Positions 52,101 through 63,184 of a DNA stretch of 64,000 nt are shown in pieces; positions within the stretch are counted from its first letter, which is position 1, and every line of letters starts with the position of its first letter. Location of the stretch: assembly GCA_040954595.2 (NCBI GenBank), contig CM082596.2:1090736-1154735 (forward strand). The letters are read 5' to 3'. Source of the DNA: Balanoglossus misakiensis. Lineage: Eukaryota > Animalia > Hemichordata. The notes under the pieces are model-generated. The model made no database searches and was not told where the DNA came from. It saw only the letters and a list, made by a program, of their open reading frames with translations. Both the position numbers and the translations under genes were made by a program.

Positions 52101-54720
52101 CGGCGACTGTTGGCTGGTGCTTAACTTCCCTTTAAATTGGCTAAAGAAACTTTCATCGCAATTGGATTCCACATCTGGTCGTTTACCAGGTGCAACCGTC
52201 GGACTTTCAGGGGGCATGGGGGGAAACATCCCTTGGTGTAAGAGCAATGATGAATGCATATGTAGATCAAAATCTTCGTCCTCCTCCTCCTCCTCCTTAA
52301 AGTCTTGGTCTGTGATCCAAGGCGTATACAAAGTTTGCTGGCAAGGAAAGATAAAGCATGATTTTAAGTTCAAGTTTGACCTATCTGAAAAATTTCCACT
52401 CCTAAACACAACGATCAGACCATTTCCTTAGAACATAAATGTATTTGAGTACAATCCAGTTGACTCACCTTAACTGAATGACCATTTGTGGGAGCATTAT
52501 GTTGCCTAATTCGTTCAGTCTTCTCTTCAATAAGTCTCTCTATTTCTCTTGCCAACTCTGAGACTTTTGCATCCTAGTATAACAGAAACCAAGCAGTATT
52601 GTGTATTATTGGAAACAGTGGACAAGAGAACAAGATCTATTGCCTATTGACACAGCAAAACTGCAGGCAAAATGTACCTTGCAACTGACAAGATACGCAA
52701 CAAAAATTATATTTCATATGAATTAAAAAGTCTGCTTACTTTTCTAATCATTTGCAAGTCTCTGACAGTGATGAGTGCTTCGGTTAGAAATCCTAATTTT
52801 TTCATCGCCTTGGCTTTTCTAAACATTGCTTTCTCATTGTGAGGATTTATCATTTTGAGTACTGCAATGATATTAAGATCAAAAGGTTACAGAATATGAA
52901 ACAGAAAGGTATAATAAGCAAATAATAAATACATACATACATACATACATACATACATACATACATACATACATACATACATACATACATACATACATAC
53001 ATACATACATACATACATACATACAGTGCAGCTTAGGAATAGCTTTCCAACTGCACCAACACTGGGTCAGCTCTGTTTAAACACTGGGTCAACTCTGGGT
53101 TGGCACCCTATTGGCGCTCTAATTAGCACCTATTGGGCTTGTGTTTAACTGGGGTGTTCCAAAACAATAGGGTGCGCCAAGGTGCTAACACTGAACAATG
53201 CCAAGTGCCAGGGCCAACAGATTCACACCTTTGTAACACTTGGAACACACAGGCTAACACTGTGTGCCAAAACAATAGGGTGCGCCAAGGTTTAACACCT
53301 TTGTAGCACATGCTAACACTGAACAATGCCAAGTGCCAGGGCCAACAGATTCACACCTTTGTAACACTTGGAACACACAGGCTAACACTGTGTTGGCTCA
53401 TTATAAACACCGTGTCAGCAAGTTGTTAGCAAATTGGAAAGCTATTCCTAAGCTGCACTGTACATACATACATACATACATACATACATACATACATACA
53501 TACATACATACATACATACATACATACATACATACATACAGATTAATGACAAGATTATTATTAGTTAAGTTAATAATCTAGTACTTACTGTAGTCACAGT
53601 CATCTAGCACCTGACGGGCACTGTCTTTGTCCTGTTTGTGAAATAAATATGAATCCACATCTATATTAATTTCACCAAACATTCAAACTTGTCAATGACA
53701 GGTGTTTTGAAGCACACAGCAGACAGCAAGATCTAATATGCCAAGCTTAATGTAAGATATGTTCATTCATGTATGATGTTTGAAAGACAAGTAAATGTAA
53801 AACTTTACGAGTTACTCACCCCAAAACGAAGGAGGCACTCAGCACGATTACAAAGCACAGTCTCTTCCATTGACCAATCTTTTCCTAAGCCTTCTTCACA
53901 CTGTAGGGTCATTAGATTGAGAACTTCATTGTAGCAGATGCAAGCTTTACTAATTTCCTTCTCGCAGAAGAGTGCATTACCTTCGGCTTTTAGATCCAAT
54001 TCAAGTTTTACAATGAATTCCTTGAGCTGAAACGAACATAGGGAGTTCATGTTTGGTACACTGTTATGGACTAAAATAGGTAGAAAGTTTGCCCAAAGTT
54101 TATTACGAAATAGGATCGTGCATTGCAATTTGTCATCTTGCTGAGGTGTTACAATAAGGTATAAAATGACTACCATAAATAATCAAATAAACTAGCAAGT
54201 TTACATGTTTTATTGCGTCATAAAGCATATTATTAACATTAATGACATCTTACCTGTTGTAGGGGTATAGCTTTCCTCTTTGGAGATCTGAAAACGAATC
54301 AAAAATAATTGTTCAGTTTAGCCACTGTCCGTTGAGATTAGAGACATTGCCCGACTTTACTTGATGGTATGGAGAGAGAAAAATAACTTCAGACTCACTT
54401 TGCAACTTTGAGAGTCTCCGTGATTCTTCTCTGTCGTTTGGAACGACTTTCTCCCTCTGGTGGCCATTGGATTTCTGTATTACCATTAGGCCAGTTTGAT
54501 AAGTTGTGATAGACAAGATTCTTAATTGCCCTTTCCCGATCCATCTTCTTAGGGAAAGTTACGACTTCTTCTGCAAAAATAAATTAGCGATATTGGCGAA
54601 CGAAAAGGGATGGCCGCGTAAAGCAAACATTTTCATAAGCAAGATGTTCATTTCACTTCGTTCATTTCAGCATGATGGATAGTACTGACCAATCACAGCC
54701 CTTTCTAGTCTGATCCTCAT
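37180..54720 (-). CDS. HELZ2: Giant ZC3H7/RoXaN-HELZ2-like protein: TPR + CCCH/C2H2 zinc fingers + SF1 (UPF1-like) helicase + PAM2 + RNB exoribonuclease + second SF1 helicase (~3,900 aa, ~31 exons)
   Basis: Phase-consistent exons from ATG 54720 (or the ATG in exon 54399-54570) through TPR exons (53820-54026 [15 protein letters not shown]; ~52740-52862 KAMFRKAKA), zinc-finger exons (48750-50363, 48283-48598, ~47961-48154), helicase 1 (GPFGTGKT ~46380-46404; FIDEAGQ), a 4.3-kb exon with RNB motifs [12 protein letters not shown] and HFTSPIRRY, helicase 2 ([31 protein letters not shown]), stop TAA 37180-37182. The symbol denotes the closest family only. Confidence 0.9.
52930..53023. repeat. (TACA)n microsatellite, left of MITE
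   Basis: Perfect tetranucleotide run of ~94 bp. Confidence 0.97.
53024..53460. mobile_element. MITE, Tc1/mariner-like, 27-bp perfect TIRs, inserted at a TA within a (TACA)n tract
   Basis: CAGTGCAGCTTAGGAATAGCTTTCCAA at 53024 and its exact reverse complement ending at 53460; TA on both flanks; internal direct repeats (~83 bp at 53183 and 53311; 25 bp at 53159 and 53267). Confidence 0.9.
53461..53540. repeat. (TACA)n microsatellite, right of MITE
   Basis: Perfect tetranucleotide run of ~80 bp. Confidence 0.97.
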
Positions 54721-54789
54721 TTCCACCGCCTGGCTGCGCTGCCGATGTTTACAAAGGCATTGTACAAATAGTTTGTCCAAACAAAAATT

Positions 54790-55072
54790 ACTTTCGTTTC
54801 ACCTTCGTGTTAAGCAATAAGCGTGACCAGTAAAGATTGTCTTTCAAAGAGTTGACCGCCCATGGCCATTTGGTCAGTTTCGGCCAATAACACATGGTCA
54901 ACACATTCTGAAAACGGCGTCGTCATCTGCAGTGACGTCGTTGTTGGATGCAATACCTATGCTAACCCAAGACAAATGTGAAAGTGACTCCAGATTTCTA
55001 TAAGATCGACAGGCACACACAACTGCTTCCAAGAACTGCAGTTGGAATATTTTGACCAGCCACTTCCGAGAA
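54790..55072 (-). promoter_or_regulatory. Upstream region of the helicase-RNase gene with ISRE/IRF-like and GAS-like motifs
   Basis: ACTTTCGTTTCACCTTC 54790-54806; TTCCAAGAA 55027-55035; TTCCGAGAA 55064-55072. Confidence 0.55.
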
Positions 55073-57375
55073 ATCGTCATTAAGTAGCTAGGTTTTTTTC
55101 AACTCTTTGCAATTTTATCCTCCGTCAAAAGTTTAAAGTTTTTGTTAATACATCTCATACAAAGCCATTAATTTGTGATGACAGGAAAAAAAATCAACGG
55201 CATAGGCCTAAATATGATTGAAATCCATGCTAGTGAAAATGCGCTGTAGTCTCCATATGAAACGCGGCGATTGCGATGTTGTCAGTGACATCATCGGGAT
55301 TGCGATATTGTGACGTCATCAGTAGTCGTTTATCCCAAACTGACGCACGTGTCAGGCTGTTACCATACAAGTAAAGAAAATAGAGGATAATACTTAAAAG
55401 AGAAAGGTCTGGGTTCAGACGAATGTGATACAAACGTGTTTTATTTCCATTTCATTTAATGTAATTGTGAACTGTTGTAGCGACGTGGACTTTAGTCCGG
55501 ACTACGTGGAATTATAAGTTATGTTGTAGGTCTGTTTCCGGTAATAGCAAAACGAAAGCTGCACAAACTTGAAACCGCCATGTTGTTTGCATTAAATGAG
55601 AATTTACTGCTCACCGCACAGCATGTGTTAATAAATGATCAACTTTATGACTCCAACAAAAACGTGGTTCTTCCATAAAAATGCTTTTACGGTATATGGT
55701 ATACAATTTCTAACTTCTGACTCCGAGACAGGTACTCGAGATGTGCATTAGCCTTGAAAATCTTATACAGAATGTAAGTATAAAACGGGTTATTGTCCCG
55801 GGATATTGTGTTCAATATATCGGTAGCTATGGAGATCGGACGGCACTGAAGATCACGCGTGCGCATACCGGTTAAATATAGCTAGACTAGTGTTAAATTA
55901 TGTCATGGACGAAGTAGTACATGCACAATTGTGTTTGGCAGCGATGGAAGTTAGTATGCGTCAGTGATAATAATCTGGTAATACCTGTCATCGCAGGTGT
56001 CACATACGTATGTATGTAGGTGTCTGTCTGTCTGTATGTCAGTCTACCACAGCCTAGAAACACATCAATGTCAACTATTTTTAAACAACACAATATTTAA
56101 CAGCAATTGTTGACACAGTGTGCCCTTAAAATTCATGAGTCCAAAGTGTTTCCTGTATGCCTACGTGTTTATTTTTACTGCAGAACACAAGCTGAAACAG
56201 GCAAGGAAGTCCATACCCTTAAGACTATGGTCACATCAAACCGAAAGTCATGGCATTGTCAGTCCTTAACAGACTGTATAGGCCTACAAGCTTATGCGTT
56301 GAAATTGATTTCAGGATAAACTTGGAAATCAACAACATACACTCTGATTGTATATTTCGTTCAAACATGGCATTTTAAACACAAATGACGACAGCCTACG
56401 CGCCTATGTCATGTATGTAGCTTTATAGCGTACCAGTGCAATATATTACAGTACTTCCGTGTTCAAGATCCCCCATTGCAATCACCAAACCACTTAATAT
56501 TATAATCCATTCAGTAAAGTTCACGGGCGCTATTGTAGCTTAACTCGACTCACCTAGTTTTAAGTCATCCAGGCCCGTAAGGCGGGCGCCGTTGCGTTTA
56601 CCGCCGCCACGACCCACCGTATATGCACAAACGCTAGTCCCGTGACGTGAAGTACACAAACAAACGCAATCGTGTAACCTTAGATGACCTATCTATTTTG
56701 AAGAAATCATGTGACAGCGTTTTTCAACGAAACTGGGAGTCACGTGACTTCTTTCTACGAACTCGCCTGTCCAGGTCGAAACATAGCACACGTCTCTCAA
56801 ACCTTTGTCTATTTTCAGTCATTTTAATTTGTTCTGCACAACAGCAGCTTGTTGTAGATGATTTATTGGAAACTCAAAATAAGTACATTTTTGGCACAAA
56901 GTTCATTTCTAGTGTTGCATCATTAAAACATTCTAAAAATTGAAAGCAAATTGTAAAAGAGAATGATTGATTTAAAATTGCACCAATATGAATAACTGGC
57001 AACTTGCCCAATCGAGCTCCGATTGTCATTCACCAGTATCAGTACATGGTAGTACAATGTATGTACTTATTAAATATTTTAATATAAAACTTGACATTAT
57101 TCCTTTGGAATAATTGTCTATATATACCCTCCTCATAGGAGACAATATTAGTAACTATTTTTTCAAACTGAAATAAACAATTAGTCCGACCACATAATTC
57201 GTGGCACCATTGAAGGAGTACTGCTCAATATTATTCAGGATATTAATCCTGTCTACAAGCGCCTGGGAGTAATTCTTTAAATTGTCTGGATCGCCCACAG
57301 AAGATCAGTTTCTATGGTTACCATGAACTCGATCCATGTAAGGCTCAAGTTCTCGTCTTCGCAAAATATTGTCTT

Positions 57376-59785
57376 CTACTTTTTTGATTGTTTTCGCTTT
57401 TGTTCTTCAAAGATTTCCGTTGCCTTTTGGTAAATTCGCACATCGTAGTACAAAGCCTCTGAAACTTTCGGGTCTGATTGAAGTGTCGACTTCAACTCTT
57501 TGACAATTTCTGATCTGTTTCGCTTTGTCACTTCGCCTTCTTCTGTGTAAGCATGATAATTCCACGATTGGGTGGAGCACGTGGAAAAAGGTAATTGAAA
57601 TGCGCCCTCTAGCAATTGAAGGGTGGTGGTGTATTCAGTGTTCAGTCCTATCACAGCAAACCAGTCCTCGAGGTTTTCCAGAACGTATTGTAAAATTTCC
57701 TCTTTATCGTATTTGCTCATGGTGGATTCAAATACCAGTTCGTTTCTATACCAACAAGGGATCATGTTTGGTTCTTCCGGCAAACCCTTCTTTTTGCGGA
57801 GCTCGTCGACGACGTCATCGTATTCGTGAGTGCAGAAACGGGGGTTATACAGTAACTGGCGGAAGAAAAAACTGCCTTGGAACATTGCCCACTCGTTGAC
57901 AGAAACCTTATTGGCGTCTTTTATAACGCAGTGGTATTCATTTCTTACTTTGCAATATTCGTATGACGATATGGCTCTCTCGTAAGGATCTCTCAGTACT
58001 GTTATATATGCACAGTTGGTCTGCAAATAGTCACAATTTCCGAATATGTGGCCCCCAGTGTAGAACTTGTGAAACACCTTGTGAGTTGGTGATCTCTTCA
58101 TACCTTCGTAATAATCGCCAGAATTTATATCACAAACCACGAACGGCTGATCAAAATTAAATCTTTTTGCAATGTTTTCCATACAAATCTTCAAAGTGGT
58201 TCCACCCGATTTCTGGTTATGTACAAATACAATATTACTTGAGGTGTATTCATCACCCGTTCTTTTACCTTTAGTGTAAAAGTTCGGCAAGAAATTTTGT
58301 TTGTCCAGCCATGGAAATTCTTCCAAAATTCTCCTATATTTGGATGATGTTGTATTTCTGTTTTTGGTCATTTGGTCTTTGGCATTGGTCGCTACATTTG
58401 CCCTAGCTGGTTGAGCTACTGCAATTGCTGGTTGGCCTGCCACATTCACTGGTTGGCCTGCCACATTCACTGGTTGGCCTGCCACACCCACTGGTTGGCC
58501 CGCCACCTTTACTGGTTGGCCTGCCACGTACACTGGTTGGCCAGCCACATTCACTGGTTGGCCTACAACGTTCACTGGTTGGCCGGGTTGGCTCCCAAAT
58601 CGAGCCTCTGGATTTACAGGGGCTGCCACCTGTGGAGCTGCCATATTCACTGGTTGACCTGCCATGTTAAATGGGTGACCGACCATATTTACTGGTTGAC
58701 CGACCATGTTTACTGGTGGACCGACCACATTCACTGGTTGACCAACCATGTTCACTGGTTGCATTCCTACATTCACTGGTTGGTGTCCCGCATCTACTGG
58801 TTGGCCCACCCCGTTCACTGGATTGTTGGCCGCTATGTTTAATTGGACGGCCATATTTTCGGGCTGGTTTCCCTGGTTGGGTAACTGAGCTGCCGGGTTC
58901 GCTGATTGGACGGGTTCGTTTACTGACTTAGCTGTCAAGCCTGGTGATTGGCCAGCTGCATTCACTGGTTGTGGCACAACGTTTTGTGGCTGAACAGCCG
59001 GATTTACTGGTCTTCCAACTATTGGCCCAACAATCACATCATCAGACTGCACATTGTTTTGTTTATTCCCCGCTTCTTGTCCGAAATTCGGTTTCGTCAT
59101 CTCTTCTCTTCTCAGTGGGTTTTCGTGTCTGTTGTGAGGAGGAAATAGAGGATCTGGTCATAGCCTACATAAGTTATATTCAAGTCGATTACACAGCGTT
59201 CCTCTAATCCATCACCAGACTATACTGGCCGTCAGCCAACTGCTGTAAATGTGTTGTTCATTTTTTGTATACCCACGGCGAGACTTCTTTACAAACCGTT
59301 GCTTCTTTGTGTTGTCATTAAATGACAAATAGTCAGTGGCACTGGAATGACATGGCCACTATCTATAGAATGGACAATAGGGGTCCGACATGGGCCGGGG
59401 GATCCTTTCACGAGAGGGGTCTAGCATGGGAGAGAGAATCTTTTCATGATATATATTTCACATGAATTGCATAATGTAGACAGAATTTTTACTGCAGCAC
59501 ACCGCTGGCAATTGTTGATTTTTACAATGCAAATTCAAAGCCTCTTCCCCAATCCTGCTTTATGGCAGAAGATAAAATAAAATGACATCGTTTGCGTAAA
59601 GAATCATGTTTGTACGTTATGCTTATAAACAGATTATCCAGGTGGGTCACATCTACTTACCCGACTCCTGTGAAGTCTACGTGTATGGTGGGTCCCAGTG
59701 ACTTCCATGACAACAGAAGTGTTGTCAGTAGCAAGCCCACGGCAATTAACACCGTGATTTGCTTCTTTTTATGGTATATCGCCAT
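57376..59785 (-). CDS. Type II membrane (Golgi) carbohydrate sulfotransferase with repetitive stem, paralog 1
   Basis: Exon 59661-59785 MAIYHKKKQITVLIAVGLLLTTLLLSW (signal anchor, phase-2 GTAAGT donor) joins exon 57376-59128. 5'-PSB motif VFVHNQKSGGTT and 3'-PB motif LRDPYERAISSYEY. Confidence 0.88.
58428..58830 (-). repeat. Coding 21-bp minisatellite encoding (GQPVNVA/V)n
   Basis: Repeated ggttggcctgccacattcact-like units; degenerate copies extend to ~59010. Confidence 0.92.
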
Positions 59786-61104
59786 TTCTTGCTAGTCTTG
59801 AATGATAGGGACTCCCTAGACAGATAAAACAAAAATAGTAAGGTACGATTGATTTCTATGCATGTCTTCCTACCAAGAGGTACGTCGCCTTCACCAAGAT
59901 AGCTACCAGTACATGCCAACATACAATAGTGAAGTAAAGATCCTGGTCAGATTGATCAAATTCTCATTCATACAAATGTATTGAGTTCGCGCATGTCTGT
60001 GCAGAAGACTCCCCCCCCCGACCATTGCGTGTTGTCGTGGTTGGTTTGGTATGTTTGCGGGACATCCCTACGAGGTCATGCATTTCCACAAAGGCGGCTG
60101 TCGAGACTGTTGATTGTCTTCATGTAGATACCACAAGTAGCATGAGAGTAGTAATTGACCACGTCTCCTTGCTATAAATGTCTTTTACTGTGAGTGACTG
60201 CCAGTGAGTGGTCATGGCTATTTCTTTGTGTGTAGCTATAAATGTCTTTTCAATTTTCTTGTTTACACTGCAACGATGCTGAATACCCCAGGCGATCGCA
60301 GTCTCCTTTCATGAAAGTCAACGGACTGTCAAAACACCAATATTGCGTACGATTGCATGGCCTACAATGTAATTTAGGCTAGGCTTGCATCTGGACATCT
60401 TAATACAGGTGTAAATCAAGACTTTTGTTTGTTAACACTAATCGTATTTGTTCCAAGGATACCACGCCCAACTGACCAATACCTGAAAACGCTGTTGGTG
60501 TACTTTCTCCGACTTAGTATACCATTGTTGAATTCACTCAACCGCCATAAAGAGTCATTAAACAAACTAGTGGTGCACTTTGTGACACTGATTTCACAAG
60601 TCTTCTTTTTTGCGGATCAGGTGGTTCAGTCAAACTTTTATCCCTCGCAACATCATGTACATAGACTGAGAATGTTTTGTCATGAAATGTGGTAAGAGGG
60701 AGAAGGCCAACCCATAACAGTAAGGAACTTCATAACCACCTTGCGTAAAACTTCTCAGATTATTAAAAACGGTCCCCACAGCGTCATTGGCCTGGTGCCA
60801 TGCTTTTAAAACACCTCATACTGATGATATCATGAATTGGATTGACTGGTGGTTGTGGAAGGTTGTTTTCTTAAGCCCTTACTGACCTATATGCGCCGAA
60901 GGTCACAAGCAAACAAATGAAGCGTTGGACTTTCATTTTTTTCTGCCTGGCTGCCGCAACCACTGTTCAAGTACATAACCTGAAACGTCTGTCTTGAATT
61001 TTATACAGGAAATATCTTGTTATCACTGACAAGTTTATTCAACCCTGGCAGGCGAATCCGTTATTTTTACGTTAATGAAACACTTAAACGGAAAACAACC
61101 CAAC

Positions 61105-61235
61105 TTACCGTCATACACCACCAGCTACACTTCCTTGCATGCAGTAAACTCTTACACTAACACTAACAGGTGGTTGGCGCATGCGTGCTTTGGTCGGACA
61201 CGGAAGCGCACACGGGGGTGGGGGAGGGCGTGGCC
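61105..61235 (-). promoter_or_regulatory. Probable promoter and non-coding first exon of sulfotransferase paralog 1
   Basis: Minus-strand donor G|GTAAGT at ~61108; NRF1-like GCGCATGCG 61177-61185; CGGAAG 61201-61206; GC box GGGAGGGCGTGGC 61221-61233. Confidence 0.5.
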
Positions 61236-61890
61236 GTGACTAATCAACTTATCAAACGCCCGTATATGCCGTTTGCAGAAAAGTTGGCACCACAGAGGTG
61301 GAACTGATTACTCATGAGTTGCTGGTAGACGTTATCTGAATTGAATACTGAAAGTTTTGTATTGTAATATGGTTTATTAGTTTAAAAATATCCCGGAAAC
61401 AATCCCGAAGAAGCATAAAACGCCAGATGTAGCATATTTTCTGAACCAGAAATAGAATAAAGAATTAAAACATTCCATTATGATTATCAGATAATGTTAC
61501 GTTTTCCATAGGAAACATCAATAAAATAAAATAGATTATTGCATATTTACTATTCTTGCGATATGGTGGATAGTTTTCCCGTGACTTTGTACTCTCTTAG
61601 GAAAAATAAATATTATTATTATACACCTTCTGCTCCTAACGATACACTTCTCCTCGACACGAGGAGGGCAGTGGTACCGACTTGGAGAAGCCTAAACAAT
61701 ATCCTGTTGTAGGATGACCTGAACTAGTTCAGACTTTGATATACCAATTCAAACAAAGTTCCAAATTAATGTGTAAATGTGAACAGCGGTAAACAAGAAT
61801 TAGCTTAGCAGTGCCGCTGATTTTCTGGGCATTATATAGACATTCAAAACAGGCCTTTAGTCACAGTTTATTATAATATGTGAAGCATTA

Positions 61891-63184
61891 TCAATTGGTG
61901 TTTCTTTCGTATGTAGTCTTCTGTCTGTCAAAAATTTTGCGTGCTTCCTCGAATATCTTGACATCGAAATACAAAGCCTCTTGGACTTCTGGGTCCTGCA
62001 TCAGCTGCTGTTTGAGCTGGCTGACGATGTTCTTGCGTTGAACGCCGCCTCCTTCACCCTCGGCTGTGTAAACGTGGTAGTTGAGGACACTGCCTTTGCA
62101 ACGAGAGAACGGTAGTTGGAAAGCACCTTCTAACATTCCAAGGAATGTATCATAGTCGTCGTTGATTCCCATGACGGCGAACCAGTCCTCCAGGTGATCT
62201 AATACATACCGTAAAACCTTCATTTTGTCCCTCTTATTCATGACTTCACTCAAAACCAGTTCATTTCTGTACCAGCAAGGTATTTTAGCAGCCGTTTCTT
62301 TCAATCCTTTCTTTACACGTAAACTTTCTATGACTTTGTCAGATTGTTGTGTGCAAAATTCGAAGTTGTAGAGCAACTGTCTGAAGAAGAAGCTCCCTTG
62401 AAATACCGCCCAGTCATTAACAGATACCTCCTTTGCGTCATAAATCTGGCAGTGGAGTTCGTTTCGGACTTTGCAGTATTCGTACGACGATATCAGTCGT
62501 TCATAGGGATCTCTTAACACAGTGACATAAGCGCATGCTTGGGAGGCAAAATCGCAGGTCTGAAAAGAGTGACCACCAGAATGGAATTTGACAAGGTCAT
62601 GACGACCGTGCCTTGTCATGGCGCTGTAATAATCCCCCGAATTGATATCACAGACCACAGCCATTCTGTCGAAGTGGAAATCTTTGGCGATATCTTCCAT
62701 GCAAAGTTTGAGGGTGCTGCCACCTGACTTCTGGTTGTGTACAAACACCACTGAGGCCGAAGAATAATTCTTGGCAGTTTCTTCGCCTTGTTGCGACTTT
62801 CTTTTGGTGTAGAAATTTGGCATGTAATTCGGTCGGACTATCCAAGGAAATCTCTTGGTAATGTCTGCGTCGTTTGATGTTGTCGACTCGCTTTGGCGTA
62901 ATTGGTCAAGAAACCGATCAGCCTCTTTTGCATCAAAGATATTTGTTGGCAATTTACTTTCCAGTTGATTGTTGGAAAGCCCTCCTGTGTCAGCTGGTTG
63001 TTTGACATTATTAACTGCCGGCTGTCCCTCCTTTGAAGAAGTATCTGCCTTTTTTGGTTGAAGTTGCTGGGCTTGGACAGCGCCATCGTGTGGTTCGATG
63101 TATAATTTTGATTGTCCTGGTTTATGTTGAACAGGCTGTGCGTTTTCTGTTGTCTTTCCATCCCCGTTTCTTGGTGGCACGTTT
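61891..63184 (-). CDS. Carbohydrate sulfotransferase paralog 2, catalytic exon (5' exon(s) uncertain or outside window)
   Basis: VFVHNQKSGGST, LRDPYERLISSYEYCKVRNE, FQGSFFFRQLLYN and IPCWYRNELV shared with paralog 1. Phase-2 acceptor ttctcgcag at ~63185, same phase as in paralog 1. Possible small exon ~63626-63688. Confidence 0.85.

Noticed and set aside
53123-53581. ORFs over the MITE and (TYIH)n translation
   Set aside because: Products of the repeat and microsatellite; no transposase motifs.
1-54720. MED1 and a HELZ2-like gene in one window, both described as PPAR coactivators in mammals
   Set aside because: They are ~30 kb apart with two unrelated genes between and no shared regulatory evidence; likely coincidence.
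58372-58931. His/Trp-rich repeat ORFs on the plus strand
   Set aside because: Antisense translations of the 21-bp coding repeat.
61646-61690. Hairpin CTCCTCG-ACA-CGAGGAG downstream of sulfotransferase 2 (SECIS, ribozyme or Helitron end?)
   Set aside because: No SECIS core or in-frame internal UGA, HDV pseudoknot pairings not satisfied, and no adjacent CTRR end.
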